A DNA stretch of 64,000 nucleotides from Octopus vulgaris (lineage: Eukaryota): the NCBI GenBank assembly GCA_951406725.2, contig OX597828.1:27404001-27468000 (forward strand). Direction: 5' to 3'. Below, piece after piece: positions 1 to 13,356 of the stretch (the first letter of the stretch is position 1; each line of letters starts with the position of its first letter). The notes beneath the pieces are model-generated. The model ran no database searches, was not told the origin of the DNA, and saw nothing but the letters and a program-made list of their open reading frames with translations. The position numbers and the translations under genes were made by a program.

Positions 1-507
1 TTGCTCCAAACAAATATTCAATTTTTACAAAAAAAAAAAAAAAATAGAAAAGAATTCATAACCCCTCCATCATCCCATCCATACTAACATGGAAAAATTG
101 GATTTCAAATGGTTAAAATATATACATATATTTTGTATCTATTTGAATAATTACTTATGAGCTGGTTGAGGATATATTTTCATATGGTTGACTGCTCTTT
201 TGTTAATGCTAACCATTCAACCATGAAGTGTGGGAGTGGCACATATTTTTCAAGTAATGCAAACTGCTGCAGTTAAAATTGTTTCCAACAGCAGAATATA
301 AATGTTGTGTCATTGTTGTTTGTGGGGTTTGAACTTGTCACCTTGCCATTAGTAGAGCAACATTATAACACCACAGCCTACATGTATATACACTGATGAA
401 GCCTTTATAAATATTTCTACTTTCACTTTCTATAACTGTAAATCATATTGATGAATTATTGTTATGGCTTACAGCTGAGAAAGATGTTAATCATAATGAT
501 GGTAATT

Positions 508-569
508 ATTTCCAACTTTGGCAAAAGGCCAGGAATTTAGATTAAATCAACTCCACCACCATCCACTCA

Positions 570-602
<33 letters not shown>

Positions 603-680
603 AGTACAACTTTTTTATTGAGCCCGGGAGGGATGAAAAGCAAAGCTGTTCTCAATGATATTTGAACTCTGAATGTAGTG
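508..680 (-). mobile_element. Degenerate SINE family B copy
   Basis: Decayed match to 3273-3505 (GGATGAAA-GCAAAG, ATTTGAACTC) with an internal (CA)n. Confidence 0.55.
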
Positions 681-748
681 GGATGTAACTGAATGTAGTC
701 ATGTGTTTTTCTTATGCTTATATTACCAATTCCCCATCTCATTAATTT

Positions 749-788
<40 letters not shown>

Positions 789-794
789 TAATAA

Positions 795-1049
795 AAAGTC
801 GATAGATATGACAGGTTAGCTTGGGAGGTTAAGCAGTTGTGGTTGATGAAAAAGGTGATAGTAGTACAAATAATTATCAGAGCCCTGGGAACAGTAAGTA
901 AAAATCTTCAGAAGTACACAGAACAAATAGGGGTTGCAATAAGGGTGGATCACTTGCAGAAAACAGCACTGCTTGGAACCAGTCTAATACTGCGTAAGGT
1001 GCTCAAAAAATAAGGGGTGTTACCTTAGTTCACTAATAGTGAACAGCTT
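795..1049 (+). mobile_element. R4/Dong-clade non-LTR retrotransposon, 3' fragment
   Basis: Open frame 795-1013 KVDRYDRLAWEVKQLWLMKKVIVVQIIIRALGTVSKNLQKYTEQIGVAIRVDHLQKTALLGTSLILRKVLKK* matches the R4/Dong C-terminal pattern (ALG..LQK.ALLGT..ILRKVL); preceded by (AAT)n. Confidence 0.8.
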
Positions 1050-1302
1050 GGTGGAATTTGAACTCAGATTATAAAGACAGGCAAAATGCCACTAAGTATT
1101 TTTCCAGCAGAGCTAATGATTCTGCCAGCCCTCTGCTTTATTAATAATAATAATCATTTCTGTTATGGCCACAAGGCCTGATTTTTTTTTTTTTTTTCTA
1201 TTTATCAAACCTAAAAAAAGGATTTTAAAAATTCTGTTTCCTCACCACTTTAATAATAATAGACAATAAGAAGAACATGAGGCAATTTGTTATAGATTGT
1301 TT

Positions 1303-1365
1303 ATTTTACAGTTTGAACAATATTTCAATAGATTGTCTGTCTTCTTCAGGTTCAAAATGTAAAAT
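1303..1365 (-). ncRNA. Minimal type I hammerhead ribozyme motif (Penelope pLTR)
   Basis: Minus strand: ATTTTACA-T-TTTGAAC CTGAAGA a-gacaga-caa-tctatt GAAA ta TT GTTCAAA-C-TGTAAAAT; long stem I with one mismatch, canonical core. Confidence 0.75.
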
Positions 1366-1567
1366 GAAAATAAACACAAAAACACAGAAATTCAAAATAT
1401 AAAATATATATGAGGTAATCTTGCATCCCTTTTTTGACAGAATGACATCATAGATTTTCACTTTCAGGCTTGGTAAAAGAAGAAAGAAAGAAGTATAAAA
1501 ACAAAAAAAAATAGGAAAAAGGATACTTAGTGAAACAGATTTGTGTAAATGTGATGAAATTCACCCG

Positions 1568-2158
1568 TCAAATTTTTTTCATTTCTTGAGAACTTGATGT
1601 CAGTAATTCACAAATATATTTGCCCTCGTGCATTTTGAGGACTGAAAGTGTAGTAGATTGAGAATATTTTTTGAGGATGTGCACGTTCAGGTGTTCCTCA
1701 TAATTGCAGCTGTTTGATATAAAATGTTTGGTGTATTCTGTCAAACTACTGCTATTGTGCTTGATATCATATCTGTGCCCATTGAATCTTTTATTTAAGT
1801 GTTCTGTTCTACAACCAACAAAAATCAAGTCGTGTTTGGTGCATTCTACTACATACACCAATTGGGAATCATTACACATCCCACCTTTTATATAAATCAT
1901 AAAATTTCTGTTATGATTCATGATGAAACTGACTTGACTCATGTTGTTGAACAATGAACTAGGCTTACCTCCCTTGTGGCTGTTTTTCAAAATGCGGTGT
2001 TCAGAAACTCCAATGCTTGTTTTATTGGGATTAGAAGTAGTGGTTAACAGTTCTCTTATATTCTTATTGCATCTAAATGTTACAAGAGGTGGCTGAGGGA
2101 ATATTTGTTTGCAATGATGATATTTTTCAGCAATATGCTGGTAACTTTCATGCGGCAC
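1568..2158 (-). pseudogene. Penelope GIY-YIG endonuclease region
   Basis: PPLVTFRCNKNIRELL linker, then LVYVVECTKHDLIFVGCRTEHLNKRFNGHR (GIY-YIG pattern). Confidence 0.85.
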
Positions 2159-2375
2159 TTTTGAAATGCCAGCTAAATTTTGGTACTAGTTAATTACTAA
2201 AGGAATTCCATCACAAATTTTACTTTGGTTGCTAGAATTATGCATGGAAGTTTGACTTTTCTTGCTAATTTTAGCTATGTCATTTGCAATTTCCTTTAAT
2301 CATGATTCAATGTAACCACGTTTGACATAATGGTGTACAAAAGCATTTGCATGTTTCCAGTAATCCCCTATATCA

Positions 2376-3129
2376 TTACAAATCCATTTTATCCCCAAAA
2401 TTGCAATTTTTGATTTGACCAAAATGATGTGAATAATCAGCACGGTGGTGAAGGTAATTGTGGGCTAACACATTCTTGCAAAATAACTCTGTCACTATTC
2501 TGCCTCGAGAAAACTTTGCTTTTGTGTCCAAAAATTCAACACAAGATTTTGAAAAACTACACATAAATTTGATATTGGACATAAAGCCATAGTTTTTAGT
2601 GTAACAGTCACAGAAATGCAAGAAGCTAACTGAACTGTCCTGTGATCCTTCCCAGACAAAAAAAGACATCATTAATGAAAAATAACCAGAGTATTCTTTT
2701 CTACTCTAGGCACAAGGCCTGAAATTTTGGGGGAGGGGACCAGTTGATTAGATCAACCCCAGTACACAACTAGTGCTTAATTTATCGACCCCAAAAGGAT
2801 GAAAGGCAAAGTCAGCCTTGGCGGAATTTGAACTCAGAACGTAAAAGCAGACAAAATATTACTAAGCATTTCTCCTGGCATGCTAACGTTTCTGCCAGCT
2901 CACTGCCTTGAACCATAACCAGAGTATTGGTTCATGACTCTGCAGGGATTTGGCTGTCTGCATTAACTGTCTTGAATTTTATCATGATGAAGACACAAGC
3001 AAAATTAACTGCCATTGGAGTACCCATTGCACAACCCCTCATCTGGTGATAACACTTTTGTCCAAACTCCACTGCGGTACTTTGTAGCACAGACTGCAAA
3101 TTATTGAAGTTTGTGTTACAAAGTAACAC
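2376..3129 (-). pseudogene. Penelope reverse transcriptase, fragmented
   Basis: FGQKCYHQMRGCAMGTPMAVNFA; PILWL.FINDVF.VW (decayed YIDD motif, at the SINE junction); FLDTK..TELFCK..HNYLH. Confidence 0.85.
2696..2908 (-). mobile_element. SINE family B (tail type 2) inserted in the Penelope RT
   Basis: tRNA-like head with B-box GAGTTCAAATTC; TSD ATAACCAGAGTATT at 2682-2695 and 2915-2928. Confidence 0.85.
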
Positions 3130-3159
3130 AATGAAGTTTGATCAAAAATTTGACCACCT

Positions 3160-3678
3160 GACGAGTTAATAGCAGGGTAGCAAACAGGGTAACATATGCT
3201 GCAGTACTAGAAAAGCTGAAAATACAAAAACGTGTGTTGTTGAAAATGAGGTTCACAAATCAAGTTCATATATATTTCTTTATTGCCCACAAGGGGCTAA
3301 ACATAGAGGGGACAAACAAGGACAGACAAAGGGATTAAGTCGATTACATCGACCCCAGTGCGTAACTGGTACTTATTTATCGACCCCGAAAAGATGAAAG
3401 GCAAAGTTGACCTCGGCGGAATTTGAACTCACAACGTAACGACAGACGAAATACCGCTACGCATTTCGCCCGGCGTGCTAACGTTTCTGCCAGCTCGCCA
3501 CCTATATCAAGTTCATATACAGTGCATGAGTCACTGTCCAACACCATCCTGATAGGGTGTATGGTGGGTAAAAGAAGAAGAGGCTGTTAAAGATGTTTGT
3601 GAACTGATGAGATCAAAGAATGGACTGCTGACCCCAGGACAATGTGAGGGCACATTCTTCAATGGCTGCTGCTGCTAA

Positions 3679-3680
<2 letters not shown>
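3160..3680 (+). mobile_element. RTE-clade LINE 3' fragment, interrupted by a SINE
   Basis: NRVTYAAVLEKLK ... HESLSNTILIGCMVGKRRRG ... DEIKEWT matches the RTE C-terminus. Confidence 0.65.
3273..3505 (-). mobile_element. SINE family B (tail type 1), near intact
   Basis: Head GGCGAGCTGGCAGAAACGTTAGC, B-box GAGTTCAAATTC, tail ending GCAATAAAGAAAT; 14-bp TSD ATCAAGTTCATATA at 3259-3272 and 3506-3519. Confidence 0.9.
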
Positions 3681-3726
<46 letters not shown>

Positions 3727-3731
<5 letters not shown>

Positions 3732-3927
3732 ATCCAAACATGAACAAAGAGAAAACACAACAATGCGAGTGGAACAAGCATAGTGTTATTGGACGCTCAG
3801 GAAAGGAAAGAAAGAAGGAGGATTTAACGTTTCGAGCGGAGCTATTCATCAGAAACATAAGAAAAGGAAAGGTCCAAGGAAAGGAAGACACAGAAAGAAA
3901 ATCACCAACAATATACACGCGGTGACA
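3727..3927 (-). mobile_element. Short non-autonomous pLTR-like element between (TA)n tracts
   Basis: ~200-bp island flanked by (TA)n; contains a hammerhead; shares TTCCTGAGC and overall layout with 63402-63574. Confidence 0.65.
3822..3856 (-). ncRNA. Minimal hammerhead ribozyme motif
   Basis: Minus strand GTTT CTGATGA a tagc tcc gctc GAAA CG TT AAAT; canonical core, palindromic AACGTT at stem III. Confidence 0.7.
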
Positions 3928-3974
3928 TATTGATATATATATATATATATATATATACATGTGTATATATGCAT

Positions 3975-4190
3975 ATATTGGACATATAATGCACCGCAAC
4001 TCATTGCCCATCAACATCCTGACAGGAAGTGTGAAGGGAGCATGAGGCCATCAAGGACATTTATAGACTGACAAAATCAGTGAATGGAGTGGAAACGGGA
4101 GCCTGTGTTAATTGTATGCATGTAGCACAAAAGAAAGGGAACTAGAGTCTTGACCAACCAATGCCTGGGCACAGGGTGACTATGATGATG
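3975..4190 (+). mobile_element. RTE-clade LINE 3' fragment
   Basis: IGHIMHRNSLPINILTGSVKG ... DKISEWSG, ending in (TGA)n. Confidence 0.6.
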
Positions 4191-5204
4191 AATAACTAAG
4201 TGAAAAGAAATAATTCCAAATGGAAAACAGAAGCAGAATTGGTAGTTTGGTATGCTGAGATTTGGCAGTATAACATTTATCACAATTATTTCTTATATAA
4301 TTACTTTTTTTTTTGTTTAGTTTTATCAGTATTATTATTATTATTATTATTATTAATATTATTATTATTATTAATATTATTATTATTTTAGAAGAGAGGA
4401 TGTTTTAGGTTTAAACCATTCTTTTTTTTTTTTTTTGTATTTTTTTGGTTATGAAATATATTTTCATCTGATTTCTTGTTTTACTAGCAAAACTTATTTT
4501 AATTAAATATTAGCCCAAATGCAGTTTCAATGATCTTATCTATAAATTCTCAAAATTTAATGCTTTTTATTTCTCAATGGTGGTAGATTCCACTAAAAAC
4601 AGGCAGTCAAAAAAAATATTGTTTAGCAAGATCAATAACGTATCTGCTAATCCAAATCTATGTACTAAAATTGATACTATAAATTTCATTCTATACACTC
4701 TTTTAGAATTGTTATTGCTTTTAAGATAAACATTGCTTGTTATTGTTTAGTTAAAATTTTGTTTATGTCGCACATTAAAGATTAATTCTTGTACTTTAAA
4801 CTGGTACACTGAGTTTCACAAAAAAAAAACATAATAAAAATTTGTGATCTGTATACAGAAATTGTGTATATGTTGAAAGCCTTCTAAACTGTGACATTCA
4901 TCTAGAGAAAGTATCTCTTATAGACACAGTGTTAAAAACAGAAGATGATATCAACGTCAGACAAAGGTGACCCAGCATTGGTGCTGAAATTGCTGGATCC
5001 AAATTTCAACCTCGTTAACTTCATCAGCAGCAAATATGCTCATCACTGTATGTCAAGCAAGCATCAGCTGTTGGCTGTTGTAGTTAAACAATCATTGGAT
5101 GGTCTTAGATGTCGCATTTAGCCAGCAAGCTGAACAAAACTTTATTATTAGTGATTCAAGCAATATGAGTTCAGAATTAGCAATCTGTTATTAGAAATAG
5201 TGCT

Positions 5205-5505
5205 TTTCAATCTTGACTGAAGGACAGCAGTTTTAGGGGAGGAAGATAGTTGATTCCATCAATCCCAGTGCTCGACTGGGACTTATTTTATTGACCCCCG
5301 GAAGGATGACGGGCAAAGTCAGCATTGGTGGATTAGACATGCGATATAAAGAGCTTGAAGAAATGCTACTAAACATTTTGTCCAATGCACTGACAACAGC
5401 AACAATCCTGAAAGGATGAAGTTAAACCTCAGCAGGATTTGAAATCAGAATGTAAAGACAGACAAAATGCCACTAAACATTTTGATCTGCCAGCTCGCTG
5501 CCTTA
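5205..5505 (-). mobile_element. Degenerate SINE family B with internal duplication
   Basis: Two decayed copies of the GAAAGGATGA...GGATTTGAA segment; head CTGCCAGCTCGCTGCC. Confidence 0.6.
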
Positions 5506-5527
5506 AAAAAAAAAAATTTTTTTAATT

Positions 5528-5558
<31 letters not shown>

Positions 5559-5584
5559 TAATAATAATGATAATAATAATAAAT

Positions 5585-5890
5585 AATACTTCCTTTATTG
5601 GCCACCAGGACCAAACACAAAACAAAGCATGATACACAGATGAGGGATTGTGGGGTTAAATGTGTAAAAAGCAAAAAAAACACAACAATTAACAAGGAGA
5701 TGAAGCCAACAATATACTTCCCCAATAGGGGAGAGTTCCACCGAGAGGTGACCTAAGACACCTCACACACTTTGGACCCCCTAACACCAAAGACACCTCA
5801 GGTAGGTACCTGCCTCCTCCTCATTCCATCCAACCTACAGACGCACACTTAGAGTAGGTCGATTCACATGGGCTATTCAAAGACTCAAAC
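5585..5890 (-). mobile_element. Possible L1/Tx1-type LINE 3' end
   Basis: Minus-strand frame ending AHVNRPTLSVRL*, then a UTR ending GGTGGCCAATAAAGGAAGT(ATT)n. Confidence 0.4.
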
Positions 5891-6313
5891 ATACACACAC
5901 TCAACGGAGCTTCCACATAGTTTCCATCTATCAAATCCACTCACAATGCAATGATCAGCATAAGGCTATAGACACTTGTCCAAAGTGCTACATGATTAAC
6001 AAGGAGATGAAGCCAACAATATACTTCCCCAATAGGGGAGAGTTCCACCGAGAGGTGACCTAAGACACCTCGCACACTTTGGACCCCCTAACACCAAAGA
6101 CACCTCAGGTAGGTACCTGCTTCCTCCTCATTCCATCCAACCTACAGGCGCACACTTAGAGTAGGTCGAATCACATGGGCTATTCAAAGACTCAAACATA
6201 CACACACTCAACGAAGCTTCCACATAATTTCCATCTATCAAATCCACTCACAAGGCAATGGTCAGCATAAGGCTATAGAAGGCTGTAGACACTGGACCAA
6301 AGTGCTACATGAT
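5688..6313. repeat. Tandem duplication, ~307-bp unit x2
   Basis: ATTAACAAGGAGATGAAGCC... starts at 5688 and 5995; copies nearly identical. Confidence 0.9.
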
Positions 6314-6949
6314 GGGATTGAACTGAAGACCATGCGATTGCAAAACAAGCTTCTTAAGCGCACAGCCATGCCTGTGCCTTTGTAATTATATTTGTAATTA
6401 TATTTTTCACAATAAAGTTTTATGATTAAAATTTTCTAAAACATTGGCAAAAACATAATATTGAACCATAAAAAATACTTTGTGTTCATCTTCTTAATTT
6501 TGCTTTCCCAAATCTAAACATCATTGACTGGTGTAGCCAAAATCTGACTGAAAATGTTAAATTTCTCTCGTAAACATGAGTAGGTTGTGTCTTTTCTCAA
6601 TCATTTCTCTTCTCTATTTGTCTATTGAGTTGGGCAAAGTGCCTATGAAAAGCCAGTGGAAACTTGCAGAAGGATGATTCACTAATGTCGATGTACCTTT
6701 GACCCAGCTTTGATTTATCAAAAACAATCGCTTCATCTCTTATGGAATCATTGCTTTTGTAATGTTTTAAAAAAAACTTCTTTCTTTCATTTATAATTTG
6801 TAGACGAGGATATATAAGTGAGTAAAGATAATGTGTATTTGCAATATGTGTGTGTGTGTGTGTGTGTATTACTGTACTTGTTCACACAAGTTTGTTAGCG
6901 TACACAGGTGATAGCTTATGTAAATCATACTCAGTTATACGAGGTATAT

Positions 6950-7535
<586 letters not shown>

Positions 7536-7870
7536 TGAATGTATGCACCTGTAATCAATATATTTTACAGGTTAATCATTCTATTACTAACCTAATTAAA
7601 CTGTATTGAGTTCTTTGTGTACTTTTCTTGTTATCACTTATTGATAAACATTACAGAGTACCCAGTGTCTGTATGGGCAGGTGTCTGTATATTTATACAT
7701 ATACATATTCACTGATATATACACACACGCACACACACACTTGTATATTTTATGCATATTTTAGAATTTAGATTTGTGTACACTGAAAATTATTTATTCA
7801 TTTGTAAATAATCATGTGACAAAAAGTTCATGTGCTATGTCTATGTTCATGTATTTGGGATAGTACTCAG

Positions 7871-7924
<54 letters not shown>

Positions 7925-8289
7925 CACACACATATACATACTTACACATGTACCCATACACACAGACTCACACACACACTTATACATTCACATGTACATT
8001 AAAAAAATAGTGCTATATCTCCTTAGACATGTATAATTAAGTAAAGTTTTACAGACGTTTGGAAAGTGTTGAATGTGTTACCATATATTTTAGTTTATTT
8101 ATTTATTTCTCTGTTTATTTTACATTGGTGTAACATTTTATGTAAACAAAAAGAAAGCTACGAGAAATAATGGTGGAAATATAAAATTTCAACTTAAAAA
8201 CTAGTTGTTGTTAAGCCAAATCATGCCTGATTGAAAAAAATATCTATGATCATAGACAATCCAGTTGTGACCATCCCAAAACAATACTG

Positions 8290-8655
8290 GGCATAGACAA
8301 GGCTGTGTGGTAAAGAAACTAGCTTTGCTTATCAATGGTTTCAGGTTCAGATCTGCTGCATGGCAGCTTGAGCTGCCTTCTACTATAGCCTCAGGTTGGC
8401 CAATGCCTTGTCAGTGACTTTAGTTGATGGAAACTGTGTGGAAGCCTGCTGAGTGTATGTGTTTGCTTATTCACCCCTATACTTGAGAATCTATGTTAGT
8501 TTGTTTACCTCCCCGTAAACAGAAGAAACTGACAAAATCAGTACCAAATTTTTTTAAAAAATGAAAAATTTTGATTAACTTCATTAAACTTGATTAAACA
8601 CATCAAGTGGTGCCCCAGCATGGTCACAGTCCAATGACTGAAACAAGTAAAAGGT
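8290..8655 (+). mobile_element. SINE family A, degenerate
   Basis: GGCTGTGTGGTAA head; GGTGCCCCAGCATGG..TGACTGAAACAAGTAAAAG tail. Confidence 0.7.
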
Positions 8656-8790
8656 GAATGCCTAAAAGGTATGTGAAGAAAGTTACATTATCTGAGATGG
8701 TTGATTGTAACTTGAGGGAGATTTGGCTGCTATTTCTTGCAATTCAAGTCACAACCCAGGGGCCCCATCATTCCATTATGCAAAATCAGT

Positions 8791-8827
<37 letters not shown>

Positions 8828-11800
8828 GCAAGCTGAAGGAATATCTTCGTGAATATCTTGTTAAAACCTTGTATAAAAATAATTAAAAACATTCTTTCAA
8901 ACACTTGATTAGTTATATTCAATTTATTGTTATGGTATTCTCATGCCAAGTGGGAAATAGTTTCTGTGTCATTTAGTCAGTGCTGGGTGTCTATGATAAA
9001 TCTTTGTGCTCATAAAACTCTTTTCATTTTCTCCTCATATTTATTTTTGCAAAAAAAAAAAACCCCCCAAAAATCCCAGCAGAAACACAGAGAATTCTAA
9101 GTTGATATGGTTGTTATTTTAAGTTAATTTCGCTGACTTAGTTATTGGTCAGGCTTGTAGAGTATTTGCATAAGTAAATAACCCTTGTTACTCTCAAAGA
9201 TGGCTTTACAGATTTCTTGTACAAATTCATATACTCTGCTCAAACAGTGTATTAAACATGTGAAGATCTGTGCACACAAATGCAATAAGCTATGCAGATA
9301 ACACTGACACAATGTTTCGACAAAGAGAAAGCCGGGCAGATAAAGCCTTGCATATATGAATACGCTTTCGGAATATGCTACACAGTGGAGCCTAAACATA
9401 CAATGAACGAAACTGATGAAAGCTTCAACTGCACACTATAGGCTATACAAACAAAGTCCTATGCATACATGCAAAAATCACACAATGAATTGTGTATTCT
9501 CTGTATATAGAGTCAGATTTTCAGACAGTGTTACCAAATGAAAGGACACACACACACAAACACACACATACACAATGGAGCTGCTCAAATAAAGTCACAA
9601 TAAGAAATGCATACAAACGCTCACACATTTCAACATAGCCAGACCTTAAAACCTTATAAATCTATGTAGATAATAAAACAAAGAACATGGGTGCATGCTG
9701 ATAAATAGTCCACATTGAGTTCAGTGTATTATAGAGAGAGAGAGAGAGAAATAAAAGAATGTGTGTGTGTGTGTGTGTGTAGTGGTGGATGTACAAAGAG
9801 AGCTGTACAAACAATCGTAAACCCACCCATATTCAGATACATGGTGGAAATGATTCTGATGCACACACACACACACATACACATCAATCTGTACATATGT
9901 AGCCTTACTCTCTCCCACTTTCTCTCTATATCTTTTGCTTGCTCTCCCTCCCTCCCTCTCTCTCTCTCTCTCTTTCTCTCTCAATCAAAACACACAAGTG
10001 AAGATAGATAAAATATACAAGCATGCTTCCATACACAGTAAGTCCATAAAGATAAAGCTATACTCTTATCCAAAATGCTGCTATCAGATTCTCTTCTTAT
10101 TTCTTTTACACTAATATGAAAGGTTATCTCTGTTATAATGTCTTGTCTGACCTTTAACCTTCGAGCATCCTGAGAGATAAGACTAAATTCTAGGAATATC
10201 TGCACAACTTGACTACTGTTGATAAAATACCATTGTTGGTAGTAGTGGATGAGTCCTCCAGTTCTCTTGCTTAGATTGGTGTAATGTTATTATATAACGA
10301 TTTACGGTGATTGCTTCATTTCAGACCAGCAGTTTGAGATAGAGCAGTGTTTTAATGAATGGCTTAGAAAATTCAATTATGCATTTAGTGATAATATTAT
10401 TTCATAGCTGATAGCTACAGCTAATACCCATGTCTTTGTTTATAATGATAGTATTTATACTGATATCATTCCAGCACAAAGTAGTGCCTACTGTGTGATA
10501 CCGGTGCTTTTTGTTTATAGAGAAAATATTTGTATTAATATCATTCTTCCATCACTGCTATGTATAATAGTAAGTGGATGCTGTTAGTATTTTTGTACTT
10601 GTTTTGATTGAGCACACTTATATAAATATCTGCTCATTATTGTGAGTTACTTAGCATGATACCGTTTAAACTAATACGTAAACGTACATATATATATTTT
10701 TTTTTTTAGTTATTCTGCTAGAACTATCATTACATACTGGTATTTACAGGGTAACATTTTTTGACAAAGTGGATATAATGATAATAGTTTTCGTTTTCTT
10801 TTTTTTTTTTTTGTAATTTCTGTAAAACTGTTTGTCTTAGCTGTTTTGATGCCAATCTGCCTGAAACTGCTGTTGGTGCAATGATATAAACTTTATGTTT
10901 TGAAATGATCCAAGCTAAAAACCTTCCCTTAAATCTTCGGGCTTCTTTTCCAAACACCATCTTAATCCTAACAAGGTTGTTCTTATTAACTTGTAATTTT
11001 TGCTAAAATTTATGGAGACAAAAGCAGTGTATTTCAATAGAAATTGTTTTAAGATGTGCTAAATTTCAAGAAAATTTCTTGCATTCCCACCGTACATAAA
11101 ACATAAGCATAGAAAGAAGGGCACTAAATATTAATAAGAAAATTACGTTAATTAGATCAATTATACCTTTTACCCCCCAAATTACTCTTTTGCCTCGTTA
11201 AGAAATATACATGCTCTTGTACAAGGAATCTGCAAAGCCATCTTTGAGAATGACAAGGGTTATTTACTTATGCAAATACCTTACAAATATGACTAGCAAC
11301 TACTAAGAGGAGAAAGGGCAACACACAGAATCCTTAAACCTGTTTCAGTTCCACCCTACTTCCTGTAAGGAAGAAAAGAAGTTATCCTTTGAAGCTCAAA
11401 CTAAACAGATTCAATTGGAAGACTTGCAATAATAAAGTATAACTCCAATAAAAGTACCATCCTGGGACTCAGTGATAATGTTAAACTGGATGACAAATTA
11501 TGTCTGAGATCATAGCATCATATTCCTTGCAATTCTATAACCAATATTTGAAACCATCATTTTTTTGTCTTTAGTCATATTATTTCTGTTGTGTTGTTCA
11601 TTATTATGTCTGCCATGGTAGTATGCTTGTATTTTAGTTTTCATCTGATGTACATTAACTACAGCCATTTTTCTCATATTTCTACCAGAATCAGTCATAT
11701 CTATATCACTTCTACATCATCTATCTTGTATAGAAAGACTAGTTATAATGGTACAAGCGAAAGAAAAAATATCGCATAGAAATTCTGATGAAATTGCGTT

Positions 11801-13322
11801 TATAATGATTGTTGATCACTGATAAAGTTAGTTTTTAGTGACTAATCACTAAAGTGTGTTAATCTCACTAAATGTCAAATTTCAGCACTACATCTATAGA
11901 GAATCACTATTTTTTTGGTTAATGGAGAGTGTCTACAATAATGTTCATTTATTTCTGTATTCATTTTCATTTTATATTTAATTGTTCAGAGTTATTGTCA
12001 TCCAGACTGTTTACATGGATTTGTTTATCATCCATCAATGTTAAAGCATTGTTTTTTTTTGTTTTGTTTTTTGTTTCTCTAGTGTATATGTTTTCAAATG
12101 CACTTATGTGTGTGTGTGTGTGTGTGTGTGTGAACATGCATTGCTTGTATGTACATAAGAGTAAGAAGGGAAAATTTAATTATATAAATATTCAGCACAA
12201 TCTAGTTTTGAAAGCTTTCAGCTAGACAAATCTGTAATCTAGCTTTGTGCCACTGCAGTAACTACTACTACTACTACTACTGCTACTACTACTACTACTA
12301 CTATCATAATTATTACTGTAATGGCTGTTGTATTTTAAGATTTTTTTTAATGGCTTACAATGATATCCTTACCCGAGGGTATGCTGCACAGTTTACCAAT
12401 AAGATAGCAGCATCCACCAAAATAACTGAGAGGGAGGCGGGGGGTGTGGAATAGAGGGAGTTGGAGTTGGGTCAATCTCGCATAACTACTGAAATTTTAA
12501 TTTCTTTCTGCCATTTAGTGTCAAATTTTAAGAGGAGATACAATGTTTTTATGGCAGCTGTATCTAGTTATTAACTCGGAATTTAGTACCCATCATATGA
12601 TTTCTAAGTGATTGTAGATTTCAGTTAGAGCATCATTAAATTTTATTAAAGATGAAAATACACAAAAACAACAAAAAAAAAAAAAAACAAAATAAGAAAC
12701 AAAAATGAAGATGGAAAAAGAAAACCATATGAAAATAAAGAAAAGAAACAAAAAAAAAAAAGAGTCTATAGATTCGCAGTGCTATATTGTTGTTAATTAA
12801 TGGTTGTTGGGGAATTGTTATTGTGATAGTATATAATGAAATTGTCATTGGAGTTGGATATAGTGAAATTGGTATTACTCGGCTGCTGTCTACTGAATCT
12901 TCACTGATTTAATTGCATGTAGTTTTGAAATTATTATTTTGCTGCTTACATTTTCTCGGTGTTTATCAATGTAGATGTCTCTGTATAGACATTAGAAAAT
13001 GTTTTGTATATGGTGGTTAGTTACAAAAAGATTTTTGTTATTAATGTTGCATTATGTATGTTATAACCTTTATATATTTATATGTGTAACACATTTTAAT
13101 ATATTTGTAATTCATAATTCGACATCTTATCTGACATATAATGTAGAATTGTTACATTTCAAAAGATAGATAGATTTACAAACATATTCCTGGTGAATGG
13201 AATATTTTTAATATAACATAATGTCTCTCCTGTTGTACACCAGTTTTTACCATTTATTTGATGTATTTCTTTGTAATTTTAACAATTGTTATCACAATGT
13301 AATCTAATATTTCTTCATGTCT

Positions 13323-13356
<34 letters not shown>

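Larger units (their letters stand above)
1290..3129 (-). mobile_element. Decayed Penelope-like retroelement (RT + GIY-YIG + 3' pLTR with hammerhead)
   Basis: Collinear minus-strand RT motifs, GIY-YIG ORF and a downstream hammerhead motif; interrupted by a SINE at ~2696-2908. Confidence 0.9.

Noticed and set aside
4945-5130. Short frames, including minus-strand IFAADEVNEVEIWIQQF resembling a PH-domain helix
   Set aside because: No convincing donor site or partner exons; resemblance too short
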